A DNA stretch of 64,000 nucleotides from assembly GCF_963921235.1 (NCBI RefSeq), contig NC_086109.1, positions 2,790,001 to 2,854,000 of the forward strand, written 5' to 3'. This DNA comes from Mobula hypostoma. Taxonomy: Eukaryota. Position 1 is the first letter of the stretch; each line of letters starts with the position of its first letter. The notes beneath the pieces are model-generated. The model did no database searches and was not told where the DNA came from. It worked only from the letters and a program-made list of their open reading frames with translations. Shown one piece after another: positions 1-11,520 of this stretch. The translations under genes were made by a program, and so were the position numbers.

Positions 1-479
1 GGAATGAAGGAACAGTAGAGGAAATAACCATGGCTTTTTGTGTGTCTTTGTGGAACACACAAAAACCTGCCAGAAATACAGGATAGACAAGTGTTGAATA
101 AAAGTGTAGAAACAAAATCAATCAGCATCAATGATGAAATAACATCATGAAAATGGATAATTGACACAGGCCTGATGATCTCCATCCCGGAGTCTGTGAC
201 AAGGTGTCAGTAGAGTTACTGAACTTTCTGGTTATCACCTGGCAAACTCTAGTTTCAGGAATGGTTCCTACAGACTGTTTCAAAAAGGAGGGAGAGAGAG
301 AAAACTGGGAACCACACATCTCCCCAGCTGACACTGGGAGCGGGGACAATGTTGGAATCTGTGATAATGGGTGAGAAATGGATGCTGAGGGGGAATTATC
401 ACAAAGTTCACCAGACTGGTTTCTGATGTGGTGGGTCTGTCATGTCACTAGTGTGGGTAATAGACTAGGCCTCTATTCA

Positions 480-1300
480 AAAAGTTCAAAATAAGTTTTA
501 TCAGAGTACAGATCTGTCATCACATACAACCCTGAGATTCTTTCTCTGCGGGCATACTTAGCAAATCTATAGAACATGAACTGTAAACAGGATCAATAGA
601 CAACAAACTGTGAAAATGCAAATATAAATAAATATCAATAAATAACCTGTTCTTTAAGCTGGTGGTGTAAGTCCTGAGGCTCTTGTACCTTCTTTTTTTT
701 TTACAGTTTATCAATAATAATAAAAAAACAAAATGTTAAACCTTTTTTTATGGAAAAATAAAGAAAAAAAGAACCCCTACTAACTAAAACAGAAAAAAAC
801 CCCTAATAACAAAAAAAAGGGGGAAAAAAACCCATTTGGAGCACAAACCCAGAACTATATGCCATACAAGCTTCTATAAAAAAACAACATCAATCCGCCA
901 ACCACATTTATAAATTATAAATTTATAAATAATAAATTTATAAATTTTTAAATTATAAATAAATTATAAATAAATGCGTTCACCAGCAACTTTGATGTGT
1001 GTTACATTTATAAATTTATTAATTTAGTTATTTATAAATTAATTTAATTTTTATTTGTACCTTCTACCTGATGACAGCAGTGAGAAAAGAGCATGGCCTG
1101 GGTGGTGAGGATCTTTGATTATGGCAATGTTTCATGTAGATGCTCTCAGTGGTTGGGAAGGTTTTATCCATGATGTACTGGTCCGTATTCAGTACATTTT
1201 GTAGGATTTTCTGTTCAAATACATGGTGTTCCCATACCAGGCCAATACGAAGCCAGCCGGCATACTGTGGTAAATCACTGGGATTCTCCGGTGATCTGGA
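480..1300 (-). mobile_element. Rex1/Babar-like LINE 3' fragment, interrupted by a copy-A-specific insertion
   Basis: Minus strand encodes the (S)SGRRYKSLR motif; the uninterrupted counterpart is at ~29480-29930. Confidence 0.65.
694..1054 (-). mobile_element. Copy-A-specific poly(A)-tailed composite insertion with 11-bp TSD
   Basis: TTGTACCTTCT at 683-693 and 1055-1065, single in copy B (29690-29700). Begins with a T-run. Confidence 0.85.
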
Positions 1301-1829
1301 ATTTCTTCCTTCATTGATAGATTTCTAGATATTAAGGAGATCAAGGAAAATGACAAGAAAATGTTTCAGCCGGATCATTTGAACATGTTGTGTGGTTCAA
1401 TGGTAGCACGTCCGCTTCCCACTCCTGCTCGTCATGTTGACATGAGCTCAGCAAAGTGTTTGTGAACCCGGATCACAAAATGGAACAACAGAGCAGAGAG
1501 TGTGAGTGTTTGCATGAGAGTGTAAGTGCATCTGTGTCTGTGTGTGTGAGAGTGTGTGTGTGCGAGAGAGAGAAAGAACACGTATCACACAATGGGAAAC
1601 TTGAGTAAGGTGTATGTGTCAGAACTATGGGTTGTTTTTAAAGAAGAAAGGGATTTTATCAGTTTATATGTGGATTGTATTTTCTCAGTGTCACCTCATG
1701 GGTACGTAGTGTTCCTTCGACTGTGAACTTTCCATGTCTAATTGTTTCTCTTTGAACAAAGTGGGTTTTCACTTTGTGTTGCAGGTGTCTCATTTGGGAT
1801 CACGGGGATTGTTAAGCTCTGTTTGTGTT

Positions 1830-2720
1830 GCTCACTTTTATTCAATTTGGGTTGATGTGCTTTCTTGGTCACTGTCTGAGTTGGAGAGATGAGGAGACTA
1901 TGCTGTTGATAAGGATGTCTGCTTCAAATTTGTCAACCATCTCAACAGTAGCTGTTTTGATCAGGACAGGGTTGTGTATACACACACACACTTCCTTGGG
2001 TCAACAACTAGATCTTCTGTCTTGATTATGTTGAGGTCTATGTTGTTCTGACACCATGACAAAAGCATCATGATCACTTTCCTGCAGAGTGAACTCACAC
2101 ATACGATCTTCAGTAGTTTGTTTAGATTTAGACAAATTCAGTTTGTACTCCTCCTGGTTATCGAGACCCCTGTCCCCTTCCTTGTTGCTCCTCTTCAACC
2201 TTCCAGATTTCCCAGCATTGGGGTCCTCCTCCCAACACAGTTTTATGGAATTTAAACTCAGTCTACCTCCCTCGTGATTGGATTCAGTGGAATTCTGATC
2301 ACAGTCTGTCCCAGTGGAACTGTGCTCTCCTTCTCCAGTACTAATGCCAGTGTCACAGGAACTGAAAGCCACACCAGACTCTGAGTCACTCCTCCCTGAT
2401 CCCGTTAACTGCGTTAGGATGTGTTTGTGGGTTGGGTAATAATACAAAGATTAAGATGTTTGTGATCATGTTTGCAAATGTAACCCCGGTTGCTCAGTGT
2501 CTGGGGAGATTTTACACTCTGCAGCCATTTATTGATAACATCCTGTATCTTATAAAGTGGGCACTGAGGGTATGTTCATGGTCTTCTGCTGCTGTCGCCC
2601 ATCCACTTCAAGGTTCAAGGTGTTGTGCATCAGAGATGTTCTTCTCCACAGCACTGTTGTAACGTGTGGTTATTTGAGTTTCTGTCACCTTCCTGTCAGC
2701 TTGAACCACTCTGGCTATTC
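1830..2720 (-). mobile_element. Rex1-like LINE RT fragments (paralog at ~30425-31320)
   Basis: Minus strand reads WCQNNIDLN..KTEDLVVDPRK, a Rex1-type RT C-terminal motif. Confidence 0.6.
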
Positions 2721-4341
2721 CCCTCCAGCCTCTCTTATAAACAAGGCACGTCTGCACAAAGAAATGCAGCTCAGTGGATTTTTTTTAGTTTCAATCACCA
2801 TTATCTGTTGTATCTAGAGTTTGATGTGTGTGAAAATCCCAGCAGATCAGCATTGAGTTGCTGCCACATGATGGCTGATTTGGTATTTGTTAACGGGCAG
2901 GTGTCGGGTTGTATTGAATAAAGTGACTATTGAGTGTGATCCAGGCACAGCCCTGCAGTGGATTCAGTGACCAGCATCTCAGTGTGGAGAAGCCATCCGC
3001 AGTGAGACAGAGAGAGATACTGCAGGGAACTCGTACCTTCAACCCACCGAGTCTACGCTAACTATCAACCACCTGTTTACACTCATCCTACATTAACGTG
3101 TCTGGTCCAGACGGCGTACCTGGCCGAGTACTAAAGATCTGTGTGGTCCCACGAGCAGGAGTATTTAGCACTTTCTTCACTGTACAGCCGCACGTGGCTG
3201 GGAAATGGGTGAGAACCAGAGAAGCAGCCCCAAACACACTCTGATCCATTTTTTAAAATCTCTCCGTCTCCATCGTATGATACAGGAGAGGGAAGCAGTC
3301 AGCAGTTCAGGACACATTTGTGGAATGAGAAAAGAGCCAACATTTCAGGTCAAAGACTCTTCATTAGAACTGTGGAGAAGTAAAAACTATAGGGAAAGCG
3401 GGTGTGGGGGTGTCTCTGACAGGGTGCCATGGGGATAAGCTGGCTACAAGATTATCTGGTCAATGGCTGATTTGGAGCAGTTGGAACAGGGAGAACATGG
3501 ACAAAAGGATATTGATGACAATGTATAGACGTGAACTATTGAACAGGAAGCCTGGTCCTGTAGGTCAGGCTAGACACCATCTCCACTACCACATCCAGCT
3601 AGATTCTCTTACACCCTTCTGAAGCCAGTCACCCCTGGTGGGGGCACAGGCTGCTGACAACAGCTCACTAGACACCTCTATCCACCTAAACAGGGAATTC
3701 TGACCCTCTCGGACAACAGAAACTGTAGCATTGGACTGTTCACCCTCTTTGCTCCAAGGTCTGATGAGGAGTGGCAGAGTCCTCACAGACAGACTCTAAC
3801 TGGGACTCCACCCTCACCACCTGACTCTGGACGTCCAGGCAACAGGTGAGGGATGGACAGTGCAGAGTGTACAGGAGCAGCCAGTGCAAGGAACCCCCTG
3901 GGGACGGGAGGTGCAGCCTGTGGGACATTTCCCAGAGACGGCTCAAGTTGTGCTGGACCAGCTCTGGAGGAGAGCTTGGGGGTCCCAGATCCAGGGACAA
4001 TTCCGGCTGAGTGGTGGTCACCTTGAGTCTGATCAGTCGACCTCCTGACCCCTGCACACACACAGTGAGGTTATCCCAGTATCTCATCCGCCCCCCCCTA
4101 CCTGACCACTGATATCCGGCTGCAGGCTGCAACTTCATTTCTGAGGGCCGGGTACAGAGAGTCTGGAGTCCCGATGAAGGGTCTCGGCATGAAACAACAC
4201 TAACTTTGCGCTGTCTGTCTCACAGGGCTGGAACAACATGATGGGCCGCTTGGCTTCCTCCCATGTCTTTGATTTTCCCAGGTCTGATTCCTCTTCCTAT
4301 CACTGACCTCACCTACGGACTGTCTTGTCTTGTCTCCTCAG

Positions 4342-4662
4342 CTGGGACTGGGACTCCTCCCACCACTGTGACCGGAGCTCAGGGACACTCAGTCTCCTTA
4401 CTTTTTGGGATCCCAGTCAGTCCAGACTTTGAGGTTCATTGGATTCGGGTATCGCCCAGAATCAAGATTGTGAAGTACTTGAATGGGAACATCAGCTACT
4501 TCAGTAATGAGCAGTACAAGAACAGGATAACCTTTCACCCTGGGAGCATCAGTCTGGAAATCCATGATCTACGGAGAGAGGACTCTGGTGATTATGAGGT
4601 GATGTTTGCAGCTGCAAGTTCAGGAGCTGAAAATAAAACAACAGTGCGACTGGAGGTGTACG
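4342..4662 (+). CDS. CD2/SLAM-family-like receptor A, IgV exon
   Basis: Polypyrimidine acceptor tctcctcAG at 4340-41, donor GTGAGT at 4663, 321 bp, phase 1/1. V-set motifs VTGAQGHSVSL, VHW, RITF, LEIHDLRREDSGDYEV with no B/F-strand Cys, as in CD2/SLAM N-terminal domains. Confidence 0.9.
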
Positions 4663-5889
4663 GTGAGTGAGACCTGTCCCTGAAACACCCCTAATGGATG
4701 GGTGAGGGCAGATCCTGTGTGTTTCCCTGTTTACTGAACCTCACTGACTACCCGTGTCCAGAGCTGGGCTCATGGTCCCAGTGTAGTGAGGCTGAGTCAG
4801 TGTGAGTTTGGAGGATACACCCGCCACATCCACCAAGACTGAGACAGGAGCCAGAAGGGATCGAACCAACATTGGGGAATCTCATGTATCTGAGACAGAG
4901 GGAGCTCAGCACACAGGGAGAATGGACCTGGTGTGAATGGCCTGAACAGTCTGTATCTGTGGGTCACAGTTACACACTGTATCTCCAGTCAAAGGCCTAG
5001 TCTGTCATGCTCAGGGATCCCAGTTATCCAGTCTGTTTCCCAGGACACTGCTTGTTAATTGTCCAGACTGAGGTCTGAGCTCAGCAAGGTGTTTATTCCT
5101 CAGCCTTCATGCTGTGCTGTGCTGAGTGAGACCCTGTGTGTTCATTACACTGAATATAGTGTCCCAGTGAGTGACACAGTACACGGACACAACAGTACAC
5201 GGACACAACAGTACACTCACACACAGCAATATGGTTCCTGACTCACTCTAACAGTAATATCACATTCACAATAATCTCACTCAGCAATGTTTGGCTGAGA
5301 AATCCTCTCTCCTCTGTTAGGACGTATTGTGTAGTTAGGGAATACACAAATATTAATCTCACCAGAACCCATCTTCAGACATGAAGGTGGATTGTAGATT
5401 GAATTTAAAATGCAGCTCTGAACAGTAGTTTTCCTGTAGCTGTGGACTGGAGCTGATTGCAATCCAGACAATTCTGATTAACATTCATTTTGTGTGTCTG
5501 GAGTGTGGGTGTGAACGACAAGGTAGGTGAAAAATATATGTAGGGCCAAGGAAGCATTGTTGGTACATTGTAACGGTACAATTATCCAGCATTTACCACT
5601 GATCTTTAGCATGTCAAATTATCATGTAATATTGAATCGGGAGTCTGCTTCATCCAAGATTGTCTCAATATGATGCCTGTTTTTGGTGAATCAGACATTT
5701 CTATATCCACCGGCTTTGGTGTCTCTCCGTTGACTTCACGTTACAACGTCCTCCATCCCAGTGTTAATGTTCCCCAGTTGAAGGAGGAGAACATCAGAAC
5801 ATGGGAAATAGAACACAGAAGATAGAAAATCATGAACATGGGTTGGAGACAAAGACCTCCTCTGGGATCGAGTAGGGGAAGAAAGGGAC

Positions 5890-6257
5890 TGAGGTTTACA
5901 AAATTATGAGGGATACAGATCATGTAAATGCAAGCAGGATTTTTCCACTGAGATTGGGTCAGAGTAGAATTAGACGTCATGGGTTTAGGGTGAAAGGCAA
6001 AATGTTTAAGAGGACATGACGGGGAACTTTCACGATGCGTGCTGAGCATGTTGTATGATCTGCCAGCAGAAGTGATGGATGTGAGTTTGATTTCAAAATT
6101 TAAAAGAAATTTGGATAGGTACATGAATGGAATGGTTATGGGGGGCTATGTTTTGTGTGCAGGTTGAGGTGACAAGGCAGATTAAGTAATCGGCATGGAC
6201 TAGATGGGCTGAAGGGCCTGTTCCTGTTCTGTAGTATTCTGGGAGTCTATGACTCTC
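5890..6257 (+). mobile_element. CR1 LINE 3' end (paralog 34487-34854)
   Basis: Typical CR1 3' ORF2 remnant and tail gatgggctgaagggcctgtt...ctatgact. Confidence 0.75.
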
Positions 6258-6829
6258 TGAATCAGACAGTAGTCAACAAAACCTTTCAGACAATGAACCT
6301 GTTCTGAATATCATCTCTACAAAGGAGGGAGATCCGCAAGTTCTGCATCAGATCCAGCTGGAGATGGGCTCTTGTCTATACATTGGTCTCACTGGAATAG
6401 TGTCAAGAGTTAGAATCAGTGTGTCAGAGTGGGAGCAGGATGGAGAATCAAAGTGACAGCGACCAGAACTTCTGAGTCACAATTGTGCCTGAACTGAGAT
6501 GTCCCTCAAGGTGGTTAGTGACACTGTGCCTGGTTTCTCAGTGGAGAGGAGGCCACCGTGTGAACACTGAGTGCAGTTCACTGCATTGGGAGTGCTTGTC
6601 AATCACTGTTTCAGCTTTTGGTTCCCTGCATGGAGGGAAGGGAAAATGTGAAAGTTCATATGAAGCCCCCCTCCCGTGGATGTCCAGAAAGTGGAGTGGG
6701 TCGTGGAGTGGTGGGAGTTGTGGGTTTGGCAGAAGAGCAGAGCGAGGTGTTACTCAGGGAGAAACTGGTCAAAATATGTAAGAAAGAGGGAAGGGAGTGG
6801 AATGTCAGTGGATCATCAAATTTGCGGAT

Positions 6830-7495
6830 GACAGTAGTTGTGGGTATAGTGGACAGTGAAGAAGACTATCAAAGCCTGTAGCAGGATCGGGACCAGCGGG
6901 AATAATGAGCCGAAAATTTGCAGGTTGAATTTAATGCAGACGAGTACGAAGCCTTGACCCTTGGAAAGTAAACCAGGGTGGGACATAAATGATGAGTGGT
7001 TGGGCACTCAGGAGTGTAGTAGAATAGAGACATCTGGGAATACAGATCCATAATTTCTTAAAAGTGGTATCACAGGTAGATAGGGTCATAAAAAAAGCTT
7101 TTAGCACATTGGCCTTCATAAATCAAAGAATTGAGTCCAGGAGTTGGGATGTTATGTTGAAATTGTATAAGACCTTGGAGAGGCCTAATTTGCAGTATTT
7201 GTGCAATTCTGGTCACCTACGTACAGGAAAGGTATCAATTAGGTTGAAAGAGTGCAGAGTATCAGGACTCAAGGACCTGAGTTATAGGGGAAGGTGGGGA
7301 AACTTCTTCACTCAGAGGGTGGAACAAGGTGCAGGTGGAAGGGTTGGAACCAGGTTCGATTTCAATGTCTAACAGAAATTGGGATAAATATTGAAAGGGA
7401 TGTGGAAGGTGATGTCCAGATGAGTATCAATGGGACTAGGAATGGACTAGATGGACTGAAGGGTTTGTTTTGGCACTGCAATGCTCTATGATTCA
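6830..7495 (+). mobile_element. Degenerate CR1 fragment (paralog 35427-36092)
   Basis: VSQVDRVIKKAFSTLAFI..DVMLKLYKTL motif, shared with other CR1 copies here. Confidence 0.75.
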
Positions 7496-8069
7496 ATGGA
7501 GTCTCATTGAAAGGACCAGGAAGCATAGATGTTGATGCACTGAATAGGGAGACGAGTGGGGTAGAAGGAGACGGACAGATGAACCTTACTGTTACTTTTG
7601 GTTGGAGAGGGTATGAGAACAGAGATGAAAGAAATGACATAGACTCAAACCTTCATCATAATCTGGGCAGGCAGTGTGGAGATGGAGAGACTGACAGAAT
7701 AGACTGGGCTGTGTCTTAGGTTGGACCAGGTTCAGGGCAGGTCAAGGCTGGGGCTCAGTCAGATTTCAAAGGGAAGCTGGCACCACACAGAGGAAGAACT
7801 AAAGACATGGAAATGGAGAGAATTCCTGGAATAGAGAGCTATAAACAGGAAATGGAGGAGAGTTTGTAGATGAGTGTGGGTAGTGCACGTGGGAACATCC
7901 CCCGGCAGCAAGTGAATGGTGAGGGAAGGTTTAAACCGTTGGGTAAAATTGAGGTGGGATTGGCTTGAAGTTCACTCTGGAGTGTTGGGGATGGGATGGG
8001 GGAGTTGGGGATTGAGGTGTCCACAAGGATCTCCTTTATTCATCTTCTATCTCTCCCTCACACCCTCAG

Positions 8070-8354
8070 AGCCCGTGTCAGGAGCAAACATCATGGTTCA
8101 GAACATCACTGGGACTTGTAACCTCACCCTGACCTGCTCCGTGACCTCTGGCAACCACACCAGATTCAGTTGGTGGAGAGGAGAAGTTACAGGAGACAAC
8201 AGCAGCCAGCACTTCTGGAAAGACGGAAAGACGATACAGGTTGATTGCATAGCAGAGATGGAGGATGTTGTGTACAGGTGTGAGGCCAGCAACCCCATCA
8301 GTGAGGACACCGCACAGGTCCGGCTGGGGGACGTCTGTAATCTGGACACATGTC
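8070..8354 (+). CDS. Receptor A, IgC2 exon
   Basis: Acceptor ccctcAG, donor GTGAGT at 8355, 285 bp, phase 1/1. Reads EPVSG...TCNLTLTCSV...FSWW...YRCEASNPIS...DVCN, a SLAM-type C2 domain. Confidence 0.9.
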
Positions 8355-8435
8355 GTGAGTGTCTGACGAAGATGTTGCAATTTAGTTAGGTCCCCCATCG
8401 CAGGAGTGTGAGACGGGACAGCATAGAAGAGCTTC

Positions 8436-8985
8436 ATAAAAACATAAAAAATTTACAGCAGATTACAGACCTTTTGACCCACAATGTTGTGCTGACCATG
8501 TACCTACTCTAGAAACTGCCTAGAGATTCCCTACAGCATAGCCCTCGATTTTTCTAAGCTCCATGCACCTATTGAACGATCTCTTAAAAGACCATATTGT
8601 ATTCACCTCTACCACTATTGCTGGCAGTTCCATGCACCCACCACTTTCTGTGTGAACACTTACCTCTAACATCCCCCTTGTACCTACTTCCAAGCACCTT
8701 AAACGATGCCCCTTTGTGTTAGCCATTTCAGTCCTTCGAAAAAGCCTCTGACTATCCACACGATCAATGCCCCTCATCATCTTATACACCTTTATCAGGT
8801 CACCTCTCATCCTCCGTCGCTCCAAGGAGAAAAGGCCAAGTTCACTCAACCTATTCTCATAAGGCATGCTCCCCAATCCAGGCAGCATCCTTGTGAATCT
8901 CCTCTGCACCCTTTCAATAGTTTCCACATCCTTCCTGTAGTGAGTGAGGCGACCAGAACTGAGCACAGTACTCCAAGTGGGATCT
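8436..8985 (-). mobile_element. CR1 3' fragment (paralog 37033-37582)
   Basis: HYRKDVETIERVQRRFTRMLPGL..LERRRMRGDLI motif. Confidence 0.9.
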
Positions 8986-9315
8986 AACTAAGTGTATCAC
9001 CACTGATTTTAATCCAGCTCCCTCACATTGGCCCTCATAACCCCCCTCCTCAAGCTCAGCCTCCACCTCCCTGACCACTCAGTGCCTCAGCTATCCTAAA
9101 TAATCCTTCCCTCCAATCTAATCACTCCCTCCCTCCAGCGACAGTGCACAGTTGATTCAGTGTGGACCTTCTGCAAAATGCACTGTAGTTCCTCACCCAG
9201 GCTGTGCTGACAAATATGAGTGGAGGCTTAAGTATAAAATCCAAAAACAAAGGTTACCTACAAAGTTAATAATCCTCTACAGTATCCTGTCAGACAGAAT
9301 ACATACAAACTGGAG

Positions 9316-9958
9316 TTGCTAAGAAGGCACATGCTACATTAGCCTTCATCAACCACGGGATTGTGTTCAAGAGCTGAGAGGTAATGTTGCAGCTATATAG
9401 GACCCTGGTCAGACCCCACTTGGAGTACTGGGCTCAGTTCTGGTCACCTCACTACAGGAAGGATGTGGAAACTATCGAAAGGGTGCAGAGGAGATTTACA
9501 AGGATGTTGCCTGGATTGGGGAGCATGCCTTATGAGAATAGGTAGAGTGAACTTGGCCTTTTCTCCTTGGAGTGACGGAGGATGAGAGGTGACCTGATAG
9601 AGGTGTACAAGATGATGAGAGGCATTGATCGTGTGGATAGTCAGAGGCTTTTTCCCAGGGCTGAAATGGCTAGCACAAGAGGAGACAGTTTTAAGCTGTT
9701 TGGAAGTAGGGACAGAGGAGATGTCAGGAGGAGGTTTTTTACGCAGAGAGTGGTGAGTGCGTGGAATGGGCTGCCAGCGACGGTGGTGGAGGCGGATACG
9801 ATAGGGTCATTTAAGAGACTCCTGGACGGGTACATTGGAGTTCAGAAAAATAGAGGACTATGGTACGCAAGGTAATTTCTAAGGTAAGGGCATTTTCGGC
9901 ACAACTTTGTGTGCCAAAGGGCCTGTATTGTGCTGTAGGTTTTCTATGTTTCTATGTT
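9316..9958 (+). mobile_element. CR1 3' fragment (paralog 37913-38555)
   Basis: MRGDLIEVYKMMRGIDRVDSQRLFPR; ends in ctatgtttctatgttt. Confidence 0.9.
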
Positions 9959-10612
9959 TGAGAAGATGGGCAATCACAGTTTTGATTCCTCCTCCATTTC
10001 CTTAATTCCTGCCACAAACATTTCCAAATGTGTCCGTCAACAGTATCCTTCTTTTGTGTCCCTCTGGGAGCACCATGGAGTAGGAGGGGTTGGAGCGGAG
10101 TGTTGTGATCGTTACTGGAGGAAATAGGGGATGAGGGGACTGAGGAGTATTGGAGGGGAGGGGTGCGGGTCAGTGATGTAATGTTGATTAGAGGGAATGG
10201 GGAATGAAGGGACTGACGGGTATCAGGGGGGAGGTGATGGGTTTCGAGGTGAGTGATTTGATGGTGATTGGAGGGAATGGGGATGGAGGGATTGAAAGGT
10301 ATTGGAGGGGAGGGGTGGGGTGGAGGACAGTGAGGTGATGGTGATCGGAGAGAGTGGGGACTCAGGGGACTGAGGGATATTGGAGGGAATGGGGTGGAAG
10401 GACTGAGGGATGTTGGAAGGGAGAGGAGCAGGGTGGAGAGGTGGGGTTTGGAGGGTAGCTACGTGATGGTGATTGTAGGGTACTGAGGGACGGTGTTGAG
10501 GTGACAGGGAGTTTTCTGCAACTGAGGAGGGATGGGTGAATTCATCAATCCTGTGTCACTGGGAGCGTGAGGACTGGATTCATTAGGAAACCTCTTCTAC
10601 TCTCTGTTACAG

Positions 10613-10747
10613 CAGTGCCAGATGCAGTGATCCTGGTGATCAGATTGTTCGTGGTGGGGACCCTCCTGATCTTTGCTCTCACTGTGATCCTCATGGTCAC
10701 ACGGAGGAGAAGACCTGAGGGAAGGGAAGTAACTTCAGGGACTGAAG
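10613..10747 (+). CDS. Receptor A, transmembrane exon
   Basis: Acceptor gttacAG. Encodes PVPDAVILVIRLFVVGTLLIFALTVILMVTRRRRPEGREVTSGTE (hydrophobic span plus RRRR stop-transfer). Donor is AG|GCAAGT (GC type); 135 bp, phase 1/1. Confidence 0.8.
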
Positions 10748-10905
10748 GCAAGTCGATCTGACACCCTGTCGTTGAGTCTGGTATTTGGGGGAGGGAGAGA
10801 GAGGGGATGGGCAGGGGGGTGACAACAGGGGTGGGAGAGAGGGGTTAGATAAAGTGGGGAATGGTTTTAGTACAGACCCTGTCACCTCTCCTTTCTGTCC
10901 CACAG

Positions 10906-11063
10906 ACCAAGCGGAGACGGACATCATTTACACAAATCTTCAGAGGATGCAGAAGAATCACAGTGTCTGGCAGCCCCCCAAGGGGAATGACAGGGTAATG
11001 ACAGACACGTTACCCCTGGAAAGAGGCCACTCCGGGTCACTCTCCCTCCTCGGGGCAGACTAA
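10906..11063 (+). CDS. Receptor A, cytoplasmic exon (3' end uncertain)
   Basis: Acceptor ctttctgtcccacAG. Phase-1 reading DQAETDIIYTNLQRMQK...GAD* contains the ITIM-like IIYTNL. An internal donor at 10995 is possible. Confidence 0.7.
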
Positions 11064-11269
11064 ACATAAGGCCTACATGTAATCTGCACAATCCCAGGAT
11101 CAACCACAGGTCCCCGTCACCGGAGATCATTCCAACCACCACTGTGGAACTCAGCAGCGCACACACGGGGGCACAGCAAGATCCCACGTACCACTGAGGA
11201 GTCAACTGAAACTTTGCCTCAGTGATCTCCAGGCCTGGTCAGGCAGATCGAACAGCAATTGTACACACT

Positions 11270-11520
11270 GCACAGTCACTGAGTGCACTGTCCCCTCACA
11301 CCCGGTCACTGTCCCTCACACACAGTCACTGGGGTACACTGTCACCCCACACACAGTCACTGGGGAACACTGTCACCCCACACACAGTCACTGGGGTACA
11401 CTGTCCCTCACACACCCGGTTACTGGGGTACACTGTCACCCCACACAAAGTCACTAGGGTACACTGTCCATCACACACATCCAGTGACTGGGGTACTCTG
11501 CCCCCACACACCCGGTCCAC
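11270..11520 (+). repeat. ~30-bp minisatellite (CACACAGTCACTGGGGTACACTGTCACCCC-like) in the 3' region; diverged paralog ~39870-40140
   Basis: Tandem copies visible directly. Confidence 0.85.

Noticed and set aside
2001-2447. 148-aa minus-strand ORF open in both duplicate copies (also 30599-31045)
   Set aside because: It partly overlaps Rex1 debris, the differences I checked are mostly nonsynonymous, splice signals are weak, and persistence is explained by recent shared ancestry.
4342-11063. Assigning a specific symbol (CD2, CD48, CD84, SLAMF or CEACAM)
   Set aside because: Domain architecture supports the family only; the TM charge and lack of an ITSM do not match one mammalian member, and orthology needs phylogeny.
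11270-11520. CACAGT-like heptamers near Ig-domain exons, suggesting V(D)J recombination signals
   Set aside because: They are part of a tandem repeat (CACAGTC) with no nonamer at 12/23 spacing, and the V exon ends in a normal splice donor.
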